A stretch of 64,000 bases of DNA from Cyanophora paradoxa CCMP329 (GCA_004431415.1 QPMI01000283.1:1-64000); one strand, 5' to 3'; positions 1 to 13,319 are shown, counted from the stretch's first letter. Notes: generated by a model not told the origin, from the letters alone. A program made the numbers and translations.

Positions 1-154
1 CGCCCCGCCCTTGCCGTTCGCAGCGCTCGCAGCGCCGCAGCTCCAGCTCGCCGGTGCGTACGTGCTCTCCCATGCCTCTCGCTCTCCCATGCCGCGTGCT
101 CCCCCGTGGCCCTGCTGACGGCAGCCTCGCAGTTCATTCTTCTTCTCCGCAGCG

Positions 155-1463
155 ATGGCCGCCTCAGACAAGCTTACAGACCTCCTCCAGAAGGACCACT
201 CCGTTCGCCAGTTTTTCGCGGAAAACAGATCGCGCGCGCCGCGATTCGTAACTCACGGCTCGCCCCCGCGCGCCCGCAGTTCATCAAGGAGGACTACAAC
301 GTGCGTTTTTCCCGCACGCTCGCCGCGCGCTCAGCGGCTGTCACGCGCTGCTTCGAACCCGGCCCTCGCTTGACTTCGCGCCGGCGCCGCTACAGCGGTG
401 GAAGGCAAGCAAGAACGCCGAGGAGAAGATCCGCTGGGCCAACCAGTTCATTCTGGACGTGTCCCAGGTGTGGAGTGTGCCTCGGGAATTTTTAATCTGC
501 GCTGAGCATTTTTTTCGCAGCACTCGGTTGCCGAGGAGATCGTCTACTACCCTGAGATCGAGAAGCGCCAGAAGGGCGGCTCGATCAGCAAGCAGAAGCA
601 CCTTGACGAGCACCAGGAGGTCAAGAACATGCTCTACAACCTGGACCGGGTGCGTCCGATCCGCCACCACTCGTGCAGCCTTCCGCCCTCGGGCCTGATG
701 GCCGCCCGCAAGATGAACTACACCGACCCCGGTTACGACGCCCTTCTCGAGCGCATCTACTCGGCCCTTCAGAGTGAGCAATCCTAGTGTTGCGCTGTTT
801 CGCGTTCGATTCACTCGACCGCTCGTGATCGCGAACGGCAGCCCACATCAAGGACGAGGAGGAGAACGTGAGCCGCCTCGCCTTTTCCCGCGCGCACTAT
901 CGATTCGAATCATTTTGCTCTGCTCTAACCGACCGCTGACAACGCGTTTGAAGGACTTCCCCGAGTTCAACGTGCGCCGGCCCGCGCTTGCCTGTTGCAA
1001 AATATGGCCTGACCCAGATCCCCTCGGGCCTGCGCAGAGCCTCGCTGCCGTCGACGAGCAGATCGAGCTGGGGCGCACCTTCCGCAACCGCCGCGCGGTC
1101 TGCCTTCCCATCGCTGCCGCACGCGGGGCTCATGATCATGGTGACTGGGCGCCGCAGATGGTGCCGACGCACCCGCACCCCGACGCCCCCGCCGGGCGCC
1201 CCATCATGGAGACCCTCGGTGCGCTGCGCCCCGCGGCCGGCCGGGCCATGGCCATGGCCATAGCCAGCGCTTCTCGCGCTGCGAGGCTGACCGGCGGAGG
1301 CAGTTGGCATGATGGCAACTCCTGCTGACAAGGCCCGCGACGCCATGCGCACCTTCCCTGACGAGGCCCGTCCGGATCCCCGCCCGACCCCCGCCCTCCG
1401 CGCGCGCAAGCCGCCCCCGCCGCCGCGCTGACCGTCCGGCAGGCCCGCCAGCGCGTCCTCTAA
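155..1463 (+). CDS. Hemerythrin/HHE cation-binding domain protein, 11 coding exons
   Basis: The spliced product reads MAASDKLTDLLQKDHS-FIKEDYN-RWKASK...HSVAEEIVYYPEIEK...LDEHQEVK...HIKDEEEN-DFPEFN...MVPTHPHPDAP...ARQRVL*. It has the two HxxEE metal motifs, DH/EH ligands and the PTHPHP tail typical of HHE proteins. Introns are GT-AG except the last, which is GC-AG (1366-1442). Confidence 0.9.
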
Positions 1464-1757
1464 GACTGAGGGCGCGGGGGGCGCTCGATGTCCGCCGCAG
1501 AGCCGCCGCGTGGCCCGGCTCCCCTCTTGTTCACCGCCCCCCATGGGGCGGGCACTGTGTGGGCCACGGCGGCTGTAAATACAATCAAATCATTCTACCT
1601 TTCTCGCACAATTCTAGCACGTGCATACCGCCCCCGCCCCCCATGGGGACGTCTCTTCAAGATCACTAGACTGGTCCTTAGATTGAAACTATGAGTTCTC
1701 CAGCTAAGCGAATAGGACGGGAGCTCCTTTCGCGAGGGGCGAGGGAGGGTCGTCGGA

Positions 1758-4700
1758 TCAGCGGCGGGGGCGCTTGCTGGGCCCGGGCTTCTCCTCGGGG
1801 GTCTCGGGGCCGCGCTTGGCGGCCGCCTCGGGGCCGCCGGGGGAGGAGGAGGAGGGCCCGGCGGTGGTGGGGCGCGGCTGCCCGCCGGCGCGCAGCAGCG
1901 CCTGGAGCGCCTCGCGCTCGGCCTTGAGCTGGCCCAGCGCCGCGCTCTTCTCCGCGACGGCCGCCCGCAGCGCCTGCGAGGCCGCCGCCTTCTGCGCCAG
2001 CTCCGCTCGCCGCGCCAGCAGCGCCTGCGCCTCCTCCAGCCGCCGCTCCACTGCCCGCCCCGCCCCGTCAGGGGCAGCCTGGGCGGGGCGGGGCGGGGCG
2101 GGGCGGGGCGGACCGTCGGCGATCTCGGATTGGAGGGAGCGGGTGGAGGCGAAGGTGGCGCGGGCCTCGGCGCGCTGCCCGGCCCGCACGATGGCGTTGC
2201 GGCGCGTCACCTCGCACGTGCTCCCGTCCACCGCCCCCCGCCCGTCCCGCTGCGGCAGCACCACGATCTGAGAGCCGAGTCAGAGGCCGCCACCGGGGGC
2301 GCGGGGGGCGGGGCGGCGCGCCGAGCCCTGGATCTTCCCGTGCCAGACCTTGTCCACGATGAAGCTGAGGAGAGGCCGTCAGCGGGGGCCGGCGGGGCGG
2401 GGTGGGGCGGGGCGGGGCGGGGCGGGTGGGGCCATGCGGACTTGCGCTGCTGCTCAGAGTCGACGATTAGGGTGTCGCGGCAGAGGTAGTACCAGAGGGT
2501 GCGGCGCTGCTCGGGCTTCTCCAGCACCAGCTCGTTCACGAGGTGCCGCGCCCCCGCCGGCTGCCCCGGGCCGCCTCACGAGGGCGGCGAGGGGGCGCAG
2601 GGGCGCCGGGCCCGCACGCACCGGCTCGGGGAGGAGTAGCTTGCGCTGCGGGTCGCTGCCGATGCCGCCCCGCCAGAACTGGTCGTCCGTGAACGAGTGC
2701 AGGGGGATCATCTGCAGCCCTTCGTAGCTGCCCCGCCCCGTCGGCCCCCGCCCGGCATCCCGAGGGGCGGGCTCGGGGGAGGGGGGCGGCGGGGCGCACG
2801 CGCGGTTGCGCTTGATGCCGCGGATGTTCTCGTCCTTGTCGAACACCTGCAGCAGGCGGCGCCGGTGGGGGGAGGGGTAGGGGGAAGGCGGGGAGGGGAG
2901 GCGGGGCGGGCGGACGGCGGCCTGGGCGCGGTCGCCGAGCCAGCAGGCGAGGGCCTCGGCCACGCGGTCGTCCTCCACGCGCGCCAGGTTGCAGACGAGC
3001 CCGAAGAAGCCGGCGATTCCCCCCCGCCGCGCGTCCTGCAGGAACGCCTGCCCCCGCCCTCGGCGCGGGGCAGCGGGGGCGGGCGTGGCGGGCTGGCGGG
3101 GGCGGACCTCGATGCCGGGGCGGGCGCGGTCGCTGGAGCTGCGGTAGTGGGAGGCGGAGCGGAGGGCGGTGTGCGGGGCGGTGCGGAGGGCGTCGAGGGC
3201 GCGCTGGGTGGCGGCGATGAAGGCGGGGAGGTCCGGCGGGCTCCCCAGCCGCCCCTCCAGCTGCCCCACCGCCGCCCCTGTCGCCGCCTCGTTCTGCCCC
3301 GCCCCCGCCGCCTCCCCCGCCGCCTCCTTCACCTCCCTGCCCCGCCGTGAGGCGGGGGGAGCTCGAGGGGGAGAGGGGGCGGGGCGGGGCGGGGCCGCAC
3401 TGCTCGCGGCGCTCGATGTCGTCGGCGAGGCGCTGGAGCCGGTTCTGCCACTCCCGCCGCTGCTCAGCCTCCGCACGCGCCTCCGACGCTGCCACCCGTC
3501 GTCAGCGGCCCGGGGCGCGGGGAGGCGGGGGCGGGGAGGACCGGAGAGGAAGGTGAAGGAGAGGCGGGCGGGGAGGACGGCGGGCCCGCCCTGCAGCTCG
3601 AAGACGAGCGTGTAGGCCCCCGACGCCTGCCGGTTCCGTCGGGGGCGCCCGGGCGGGGCGGGGCGGGCGGGGGGCGGACGCCGTCGCCGATGGAGAGGCC
3701 TGAGAACTCGGCGCTCCCCTCCGCCGTCAGCAGCCGCGGCGCCGCCGCCAGGCTCGGCACCCGCGCCCCCTCCTCTGCGGGACCCGCGTCGGCGGCGGGC
3801 GTGGGGGGCGGGCGGGGCCGGCGCACCGCCCTCAACGCGGCAGGCGACAGCGAGGGAGCCGGCGGGGCGGCACGCGTTGCCGCTCGCGTCGACGAGGCGC
3901 AGGGCGAGGGCGGGGAGGGCCTGGTCGGTGCCCGTGGCGAGGCTCTTGGCGCCCCCGGGGAGGAGCGCCTCGAGGGCGTGCGGCGGGCCGGCCTCGACGG
4001 TGAGGGAGGCCGAGAGGGGCGGCACGGCGGCGCGCCCCGCCGGCTCGAGGGCGGCGTGGAGGGTGTACTCGCCGGCCGCCCCGGGGGCCGCCGCCTCCGC
4101 GAAGAGGTACACCGGCCCCTCCGCCCCTCCCGGCCCTCGTACCGCGTCTCGCGGGCCCCAGGGGCCGCCCGGGCGACGCGGAGGACGGCCTGGGCCCCCG
4201 CCGGGAGGCGCGTGCGCTCGCCAGTCTCCCCCAGCACCTCCACCTGCGCGCGAGCCGTGAGGCCCGCGCCGCCCCGGGGCGGGGCGGGGCGGGGCGCACG
4301 GCGATGTGGAGCTCGGCGCCGGCGACGGCGCGCAGGGGCGTCGGGGCCGGAGCGCCGGCCTGGAGGAGGCGGAGGGCGGCGGGGCGCTCGGGGTTGGGGA
4401 GCACCACCACCCGCACCGGCTCCGGCTCCTGCCCGCCCCTCAGCGCCCCTCCCCGAGGGGCGCTGGCGGGCGGGGCGCACGGGGAGGGCGGCCGGGGCGG
4501 GGGCCGCCGCCGGCGCGGAGCGGCGCTTGACGGCGCTGCGGGGGGCGGCCGGCGTGTGCGCGAGGCGCAGCTCGTGCACCCGCCCCTCCCGCGCTGCTCC
4601 GCCCCCTGCCGCCCGCCTCGCCGAAGCCCGGGCGGGGCGGGGCGGTGCGGGGGCGGGGCGGGGCGCACGGCGGTGAAGCGGAGGTCGGAGAAGAGGGCGC

Positions 4701-7700
4701 GGCCGCCGCTGAAGGCCGCCCGCAGCTGCTGCGCCCCGCCGGCGTGCTCCAGGCCGTCCCCCGGCACCACCGTCACCGTCCCTGCGCGCCGTCAGCGGCG
4801 GGGCGGCGGGGCGGATGCGGGGCGCGGGGGGGCGCGCCGGCGTGGGAGGCGGCGAGGCTGCCGTCGGCGTCCTCCGCCCGCACCACGATGGGAGGCAGGC
4901 ACGCCCCGTTGAGCACCCGCAGCGGCTCGCGCCGGCCGGCCTGCCCCGCCGCCCCGCCCTCCTCCTGCAGCTGCCACGCGAGGCGGACGGCGGGGCCGGC
5001 GGCGACGGCGAGGGGCACGTCGACGGTGCGGGCCTCCTCGGGCAGCGCCGGCTCCGAGTGCTCCACGCGGAGGCGCAGGAGGGCGGTGCCGGCGCCGTCG
5101 CCGACGGTGCCGCGGAGGGCCCAGCCGGAGACGGCGAGGGTGCCGTCGGGGCCCGCGGCGCACGCGAGGCCGCCCTCAGCGAGCTCCAGTGCCAGCGGCG
5201 AGTCCACGAGCTCCGCCGCGAGGCGCGCCGTCGCAGCGAAGGCCGCCACCGGCAGCGCCGCCCCGCCCGCCGACTCGAGCCGCAGCGCGCAGGAAGCCGG
5301 CTCGCGGTTGGAGACCGCCGTCGGCGTCGAGCTCGCCGGCCTGAGGGCCGCCGGGGGCTCTGCGGGGCGCGTCAGGGGCGGGCAGCGGGAGCGGGGGCCG
5401 GGGCGCGGGCCGGAGTGGAGGAGGAAGGCGAAGGTGGCAGTAAGGCCGGCGAAGGTCACGTGGGCGAGGCGCGGGGCCCCCGGCGCCCCCTCCAGCGAGG
5501 AGGGCACGAGCTCGGGCAGCCGCGCCCGCCCCGCCTGCATCCGCGGCCCCGCGCCGGCGTCCCACGAGAGGTCCACCCCCTCGCCCTTTACCCCCGTCTC
5601 CACCTCGCCCCAGTCCGTCGGGCTCACGACCTCGACGAAGGCGCCGCGCAGGGGGGCCCCCTCGCGGGCGCGGAGGACCCAGGCGGCGGAAGGGAGCCCC
5701 TCGGGGAGCGCCGCCTCCTCGGGGGCCTCGGGGGCCGCCTCGGGGGCGGCCGCGGGGGCGGCCTCGGCGTCGCGCTTGCGGCGCTTGGAGGCGGAGGAGG
5801 AGGGGGCGGGGGGCGGGGGCTTGCGGCGGGGGGGCTCCGGGGAGCGGAGGAGGGCGAAGCCGTCGGGGAGGGGCTCGGGGAGGGCGACGCGGAGGACGCG
5901 GGGGGCCACCGTGAAGGGGACCTCGAGCTCGCTCCCCTCCACCCCCTCGATCGCCGCCCGCAGCACGCCAGCCGCCCCGTAGTTCGCCGTCACACGCACC
6001 TTGTCCTTGTACTCCAGCACCCCGCTCGCCGGCATCTGCGCCCCGCCGGTCGGGGCGAGGGGGGCGGGGCGGGGGCGGGGGCGGGGCGCGGACGGGGCGG
6101 GAGGTGAAGGCGGGGGCGATGGTGACGCCGTCGCCCTGGAGGCGGATGTGGACGGGCTTGGGCTGCGGCTCGGCGGGGTTCCCGTCCTTGTCCACCGCCC
6201 GCAGCGCCAGGTCCTCCAGCGCCGCGCCCCGCACCAGTGCCGGGCCCGGCACCGCCAGCGAGCCCAGCAGCTCGAGCCGCGCCGGGGGCCCCGCCGCGAC
6301 GCGGACGGAGATGCGGGAGACGCTGTCCTCGTTGCGGGCGGGGCCGAGCTGGACGGCGAGGGAGACGTCGGCGGGGAGCTTGGGGGCGGCCCCCGGCTTG
6401 AGGCGCAGGCGGGCGCCCCTGAGGAGGACGACGCCGTGGCCGCCGAGGCAGGTCGCCGAGCGGGAGACCGAGTCGGGGACGACCTCGAAGTCGGCCTTGG
6501 AGGAGGCGCTGAGCGAGATCTTCGCCACCAGCTCACCCGCCGGCGCCTTCGCCATCATGTTCCCCCACTGCCCGCCCCTCAGAGGAGGGCCGCGGCCGGG
6601 GCCGGGGCCAGGGGCGGGGCGGGGCGGGGCGGGCCTGGTCCTGGGGGTAGACGACGATATCGGGGAGGGTCTCGCCGGCGCCGACCTTGTCCACGGGGGA
6701 GCGGAAGGCCGCCTCGATCTGCACGATGCTCCCCGCCACGATCTCCACGCTCCGCGTCTCCGCCGCCAGCTTCTGCGACCCCCGTCACCACTCCGCCCCC
6801 GCGCGTGCGGGGCGGAGGGGCGGGAAGGGGGGCGGGGCGGACTCCCGTGGGGGCAGAGAGGATGACGGGGGCGGCCGGGGGCTCGCCCTTCTTGGTCGCG
6901 GGCACGCGGACGGGGACGAGGCGGAACTTCCAGATGCCGCGGTGGGGCAGGCTGCCGCCGCCGGCTCAGAGGGGGCGGGGGCGGGGGCGCGGGGGCGGGG
7001 CGGGGCGGGCACTGGATGTCGCGGAGGTAGAAGAGGTTTCGCTCCACGTTCTGCGCCGAGATCTTGAAGACGTTGATGGCGACGTACTCCTCCTTCTCCT
7101 TGGAGGCCTTTCCGTCCTTCTCCTTCGCCGCCTGCATCGTCCGCAGCTCCTCCGGGATCCCCTTCACGCTCTGGCCCCGCGTCGGCCCCCGCGGCACGCG
7201 CAGCGCAGAGGGGAGCAGAGGGAAGCGAGGGGGCGGACGGCGTCGATCTTGACGGCCTTGAGGGTGCGGCCGCCGTGGGCGACCTCGGTGTCGGCCTTGC
7301 GGAGGTAGAGGAGGAGCCAGAGGTGCGGCACCGCCTCGCGGATCCCCATCCCCTCCACCCGCTGCTTCCCCGCCTCCTCCTCCCCGTTGTACACCTCCGC
7401 CGCCACGTACTCCAGCGTCTCGTCCGCCGTCATCCGCTCCGGCAGCTTCTTCTTGATCTGCCTCGCCCCGCTTCAGGCCCCCACGCGCCCTCCGCGCGCC
7501 CCCCGCCCCCCTCCAGTCGCTCCCTCCGGCCATCCGCCCACGTGGCGGCGCCACACGAGGCCGGCCGGTACCCTCTGCTCGCCCCGCCCGACCGGCAGCG
7601 ACATCGCCAGGCACCGAGGCACACCCCCGCCGTGCCCTCCCACGGCCGCCCTCCTCCCGCGTCGCCCCCGCGGGGCCGGCGTGGCGCACGTATTCGTCGC

Positions 7701-10700
7701 GGTCGACGAAGCGCACGCCGCGGGGCCCCTTGCGCTTGAGGTTCTCCAGCATCTCCTTCCACTCCTTGTCCTTGACGGTCCCCGTGATGCACGTCACCGG
7801 CACCAGCCACTCCGTGTACGAGCTCCGCTGCGCCCCGCGCCCCGCCACCTCACCCCGCCGCCCCCGCGGCCCAGGGGCGCGCCGGGTCCCCCTCCGACCC
7901 CCGAGCACCTCAACGTGGATCTCACGGAACTGCGGGGGCGGCGGGTGAGGGGCGGCGGCAGCTGGGGGCGGGGCGGGGGGGCGGACGACGAAGCTGGGCT
8001 CGTTGGTGAACTGCATGTTGCGGTTGCGGTTGCGCTGCAGGAACTCCGCGTCGTACACGAAGACCTTGATCTGCCCCCGCCCCCGCCCCCTCGCCCCTGC
8101 TGGCCGGCCCCGCGTGCGCGGGGCCCCGGCGCACGACGGTCCCCGTGTAGACCTGTTTGTCGTACTTGATGCGCACCTGCGCGGCGCCGGCGCTCGAGGG
8201 CGGCCCCCTGCGGCGCCCCCGGCCCCCTCGCCCCGCGCCCCACCCGCACCTGCTCCTGCCCCTTGATCCTGCCGGAGGACGGGGCCGGTGAGGGGCGGGG
8301 GGCAGGGAGGGGCGAAGGGGCGGGGCGGGGCACTTGATCTTGCCGCAGGCGGCCCACTCGACGACGCGGCCGATGGTCTCCTCCTCGCGCTTCGGGGGGA
8401 TGGCGTAGCGGAAGGGCTCGAGCTCCCTCCCCGCCGAGACCTCGTCGTCGAGCGCGTGCCACGCCTTCAGCCGCTCCCGGAACTCCTTGTACAGCTCCTT
8501 GTACCTGCCGCCCCGCCCCCCGCCGTGAGGCGCGGGACGCGGGGCCGGCGGGGCGGTGGGGCGGGGCGGACAGGGGGCTCTTGGTGTCGGTGGAGCAGAG
8601 GGCGGCGGACTCGGCGGTCTCGGCGAGCTGGGTCTTGTGGCAGGTCGGCTCGACGGTGCGGGAGACGAAGAGGAAGCCCTTGACGCGGTCCCAGCAGTCC
8701 GCCGGCAGCGTCACCTCGTCGTTCCGCTTCACGTCCCGCTTTGGCCGCTCCATAAAGGCCAGCCGCGCGGTCGCCTGCTTCGAGGCGTTGAGGGGCGGCA
8801 TGCAGCGCCCCTGCCACACCACCGTGAGGCCCGGCGTCATCCCCGCCGGCATGCTCTCCTTGTTGCGCCGCACGGGGTAGTACACGAGCGCCAGCTGCGC
8901 CCGCACCGCCCGCTGCTCCCCCGTGTCCCGGTCCTTCACCGGCACCTCGATCGTCCGCTCCCAGCGCAGCCTGCGCCCCGTCGGCCACTCCCCGGGGCGG
9001 CGCCGGTCGCGCGGCGTCGCGGCGCGCACTCCTTGTCGCCCTGGCGGGCGAGGCCGTCGGAGGGCCCCGCCTCGGCCTCCGCCGGGGGGAAGAAGGCCTC
9101 GTGCAGCTGCCGCACCTGCGGGGCCGGCCGGTCAGCGGGGCCGGCGGGCGAGGGGGCGGGGCGGGCGGGGAGGGCCTCGTTGTTGAAGGCGGCGTCGGAG
9201 AGGGGCACGCGGGGGTCCTTCTCCCGCTCCTCCGCCTCGCGCTCGTCGGGGGCCGCCCCCTCGGGCCCGAAGACGTACCGCCGCGTGCGCCGCTCCGTCT
9301 CGCCGTTCGGGAGCAGCTCGTCGTCGTACTCCACGATCGAGAGGCTGATCGGCGTGAAGGCCCCGCCCAGCTCCCCCGGCCCCCGCCGCGGGTCCCCCTT
9401 GAACCCGCCTGGCCCCGCCCCGCCCCCTCGCCGCCCGGCAGACCGAGGAGGCGCGGCGGCGCGCGGCACCGTGCAGGTAGAAGTGGTAGACCTCGGAGAG
9501 GAAGCGGTGCACCTGCCGCGCGGGGCCACGGGGTGAGAGGGGCGGCGGGGCGGGGCCGGCGGGGGCGGGGCGCCTGCTCGCGGTCGCGCAGGTACTCCTC
9601 GAGCTTCTCCTGCGAGACCTCCCGGATCTGCGGCGGCGGCGCGGCGCGCTCGGCGGGGCGGCTGGGTGCTGGGCGCGGGCGGGGGGGCGGGCCTCGATGT
9701 GGGTGAAGGAGCCCTCGGTCTTCTCCTCCTCGCTCGCCTCCGTCGACTCGAAGTCCGCCTCGTGCCGCTCCGTCCCCTCCATCTCCCGCTGCCCGCCCCG
9801 CTCCCTCACCGCGGCAGAGGCGCGGGGCGGGGGGGCGCGGACGAGGCTCATGGTGACGTGGTTGATGCGGTCGCTCTGGGGGACCTTGCTGCCGATCTTC
9901 ACCACCGGCCCCAGGTAGAACATCGCCGTCTGCGCCCCCGCCGCGCCCCCGGTCACCCCCCCCGGGCCTGCGAGGGGCCGGGGGGGCGGGGCGGGCCTTG
10001 GCGCCGACGCCGTAGCGGGAGAGGGCCGAGTCCATGTAGTACTTGTGCTGCTCCTCCGCGTCCCGCACCTGCCCCCCGCCTTGAGCGCCCCGCCCCCGCC
10101 GCCCCCCGCCCCCGCCGGAGCCCGCGCGCACGTCTGGCTGCACGTTCTTCTTGATGTTCATGCTCTTGCCGAGCTTCGCGAAGTTGCGGATCTCCTCCTC
10201 GCTCATGCCCCAGCCGTTGTCGGCGATCTCGAGGGTGCGGCTGGTGCGGTCGATGCGGACCTCGATGAGGCGGTCCTTGTTGTGGTTCGCCTTGGTCGCC
10301 TCCACGCTGTTGTCGATGAGCTCCGTCAGCGCGAACGTGAAGTTGAGGTCCTTCGTCAGGTTCCGGTACAGGTCCGTCGACGGCACCGTCTGCGCCCCGC
10401 CCCCCGCCCCCTCACGCCCCACCCCATCCACGGCCACCCCCGGGCCCGCCCGCGCCACCCACCTCGATGCGCTCGCGGAACGTGTCCCCTGGTTCCACGG
10501 CCCGTCAGGCGCGGCGGGCAGAGCGAGGGGCTGCATGGCGCCGGCACCGTGGCGGCCGGCGGTGACCTTCGTGATGCGGAGAACGGCGGCCCCGAGGAAG
10601 TCGTGCGCCTGCAGGAGGCGCCAGCGCTCGTCGCGCAGCTGCATCTCCTGCGCGGCGGTGAGCGGCGGCAGGCTCGGCAGACGGGCCGGCTCCAGCCGGC

Positions 10701-11046
10701 GGCCGCGCGCACATCGGCGGGAATCCCCGTCAAATAACATGCGTGGTTGAGCAGCCGCCCGTACGGGTCCGTCTCGTTCTCGTTGATCTTATACGCGTCG
10801 CACACATTAAGGGCATCCGCGGCGCTGCCAGCGGGCCGATACCACAGGCGGATTTCATGTTCGACCCAGCCTGCGTTGCGCCATGAGCATCGAGCTGGCC
10901 AAGACCGCTGACGGCACGTTCGCCCCGCCCGCGAGCGCGAGCCGCCGCGTCGGGCCCCGGCGGAAGCGCGAACCTGGGGGCGGAGCCGGCGGCGCCACTT
11001 CTCTCGCGCCTCCCGACGAGCGCTTCTTTACCGAGTCGCGCGCCAT
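1758..11046 (-). CDS. SMCHD1: SMCHD1/GMI1-like protein: GHKL ATPase, transducer, Ig-like linker, coiled coil, SMC hinge (many introns)
   Basis: GHKL motifs FALTELIDNS, IADNGWGMS and SRYGVGAK lie at about 10000-10390. The transducer region has VVWQGRCMP and CWDRVKGFLF. Beta-rich repeats such as AGPAVRL and LVDASGN follow. The hinge reads FFGLVCNLARVEDDRVAEALACWLG...LQMIPLHS...YLCRDTLIVD (2400-3040), and the C-terminus is basic (PSKRPRR*). The start was reconstructed as MARDSVKKR at 11046. Confidence 0.88.
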
Positions 11047-11213
11047 GTCGCGCTGACGTCGGACGAGCACTCGCCGGTTGAGAACGCCGCCTAACGGGAG
11101 CGGGGACCACGCCGAGCTCCCACAACGATTCTGCAGCGAGCCAGCTAGCCTGCAGCGGGCTCGCGCCACTTTAGGGGGGGTACGCGACGCTCAGGGTTCG
11201 ATTACGCCGCGCG
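11047..11213. promoter_or_regulatory. Putative bidirectional promoter SMCHD1-like / FkbM
   Basis: A 167-bp spacer with lower GC lies between divergent start codons. Confidence 0.55.
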
Positions 11214-13319
11214 ATGTCGCGCATGGGCAACATTCTGCGCCACAGAATCCGCCATTTTCTGCGCCGCAGAGCGATTTTCATTGCACTCGTGCTCACCGCG
11301 GCGCTGCTAGCCACCTTTACTCTCCTGCCTGACGCGTTCGCCGGCCACGGCTTGCAGCGAAGCGACGCCCGCCGGCTCTATGCGGCCGCCGCCCGCGAGA
11401 GCCTCGGCGCGCCGGGACGCGATGCGCAGCCGGCAGCGCTTTCCACGCTAGCGCTGCCCGCCTCGTTCCTTGCCGGCCTCGCCAACGCGCGCCTCCTCTC
11501 GCCGGAGTCGCCCCCTCCGCTCGATGACATTCACAGATCCAGGTCTCTATTTCTTCTCGTCGCCCTCCGTATCGGGCCGCTCTGAACTCTGTGCGCAGAG
11601 TTTTAAACGGGGATGGGTGGGAGAGCGTCAAGTCCCTCTGCCCTGGAGAGGCGAGAGCGTCCGCTCCCCTGCCAGCTTATCGCGCTCGACGCCGCCCCGG
11701 GCGCAGGAGAACTGCGTGGGTCCCGACACGAAGGTGCGCGTCGCCCCTGTGAGTGGCCGGCTGGGCCGGCGCCTCACCCTCTGTCGCAGGTGCTCATGAA
11801 CACGACCATCGGAGGGGCGCTACCCGCTCCCATCACCATGGTGCCCTCGCGCCCCGCGGGGTGGCTCGGGGCCGCTGGCGACGGCCCTCGCGCCGCGACG
11901 GCGGGCAGGTGGTGCGGCGGCCGTCGGCGGTGGTCTGGGTGCAGGACAACCTCGCGAGGGAGCAGCTCATGTACCGGCGCGCCCGGCCCGCCGACGCCAG
12001 TTCCGGGCCGGCGGGGGCGACGGGGGCGGGGCAGGATCATGCTGGCGGCTGCGCGGCGCTACGGCGGCATCGTGCTCGACGTCGGGGCCAACCACGGCGC
12101 TTTCAGGTGCCCCGCCGCGCCGCGCCGCGCCGCGCCGCGCCGCGGGGGCTCGCGGGGCTGAGCGGGGTGCAGCCTGGCGGCGGGGCGGCGGGGGTGCCGG
12201 CGGTGGCGGTGGAGCTGCAGGGGGACATGGCGGGGCTGGTGGAGCAGGCGGGGCCCTCAACGGCCTCCACGGCCGCCTCGCCGTCGTCCAGCGCGCCGTG
12301 GCGGAGGGCCCCGAGCGGCCCGTCGAGGTCTCCTCCGACGTCGGCGACGACGGCGGCGTCGCCGCCATCGACGAGACCGCCGCCCAGCGCCGCAAGCGCC
12401 GCGCCGAGCGCCGCGGCCGCGAAGGGTCCGGCCCCGCCCCGCGCCCCGCACGCCCGTCCGGCGCCGGCCTGACGTACGCCGGCAGCAGGGCGGTGACTTC
12501 CATCGAGGCGCGCCCCGCCCGCCCGGGCGCCGCGCCACGCACCCGGCCCCGCTGAGCCGGCGCGCCGGCAGCTGAGCGACCTGCTCCCGCCGGACTTCGG
12601 CCGCGTCGCCTTCCTGGCCCGCCCGCCCGCCGCGCTCGGGCGGGGCGCGCGCCTCGAGCTCAGCCCCGCGCAGAAGGTGGACGTCGAGGGCTTCGAGGTC
12701 CCCGCCCTCCGCTCCGCCCACCGCCTCTTCCACCGCCGCGCCGGCCCGCCCCGCCCCGCCCGCCCGCCGGCCGGCCCCCGCGGGGGTGGTGAGGCGGGGC
12801 AGTGGGGAGCGGGGTGGTGGAGTTCGGGCCGCCCTCGCGGTGGTGCGCGCGGCGCTCGTCGGGGAGGGGGAGGCGCTCCGCGAGCTCGCCGCCCTCCGCT
12901 CCTTCGGCTTCCAGGCCCGCCCCCGCCCCGGCCCCCGCCCCGCCCCCGCCCCCGCCCGACCCCGCCCCCGCAGCTGCGCGTCCTCCCCTCCCTCGGCTAC
13001 GCCGCCGTGCTCGAGGAGCTGCGCGCCGCCGCCGCCGACGAGCCCTCCAACGCGGAGCTCCGGTACCCGCCCCAGCCCCTCACCCCGGCGCCGGCCTCGC
13101 GACCCGAAGGGGCGGCTGGCCAGGGAGAGCGCGCGGGAGCGGGAGGAGGCGGGGATTGCGGGGGCGACGTACCTGCTGCTCGCCGGCGAGGCGGCTGACC
13201 GCGTGCGCGCCTCCCGCCGCGCCAGCGCCCGCCGGCGGCGTGCGAGGCGGGGGCAGGCGCTGCTGGAGGGGATGCACGCCGCCGACAAGGAGGTCTACCT
13301 CTGGCTCGTCGCCCCCTGA
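11214..13319 (+). CDS. FkbM-family SAM-dependent methyltransferase with N-terminal membrane anchor
   Basis: The N-terminal hydrophobic segment is AIFIALVLTAALLATFTLL. Motifs IVLDVGANHGAF, AVAVELQG and FL-KVDVEGFEVPALRSA are present, and the protein ends DKEVYLWLVAP*. Apparent homopolymer frameshifts occur near 12180-12255. Confidence 0.85.

Noticed and set aside
6771-6842. Possible non-canonical acceptor in an SMCHD1-like intron
   Set aside because: It resolves as an ordinary GT-AG intron (GTCCGC...GTGAC...GTCGCAG|AAGCTG on the minus strand).
1758-13319. GHKL ATPase next to a methyltransferase as a prokaryotic defence or restriction system
   Set aside because: Both genes are spliced eukaryotic genes. 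The ATPase has SMCHD1 architecture, and the methyltransferase is a membrane-anchored FkbM type, not a DNA methylase.
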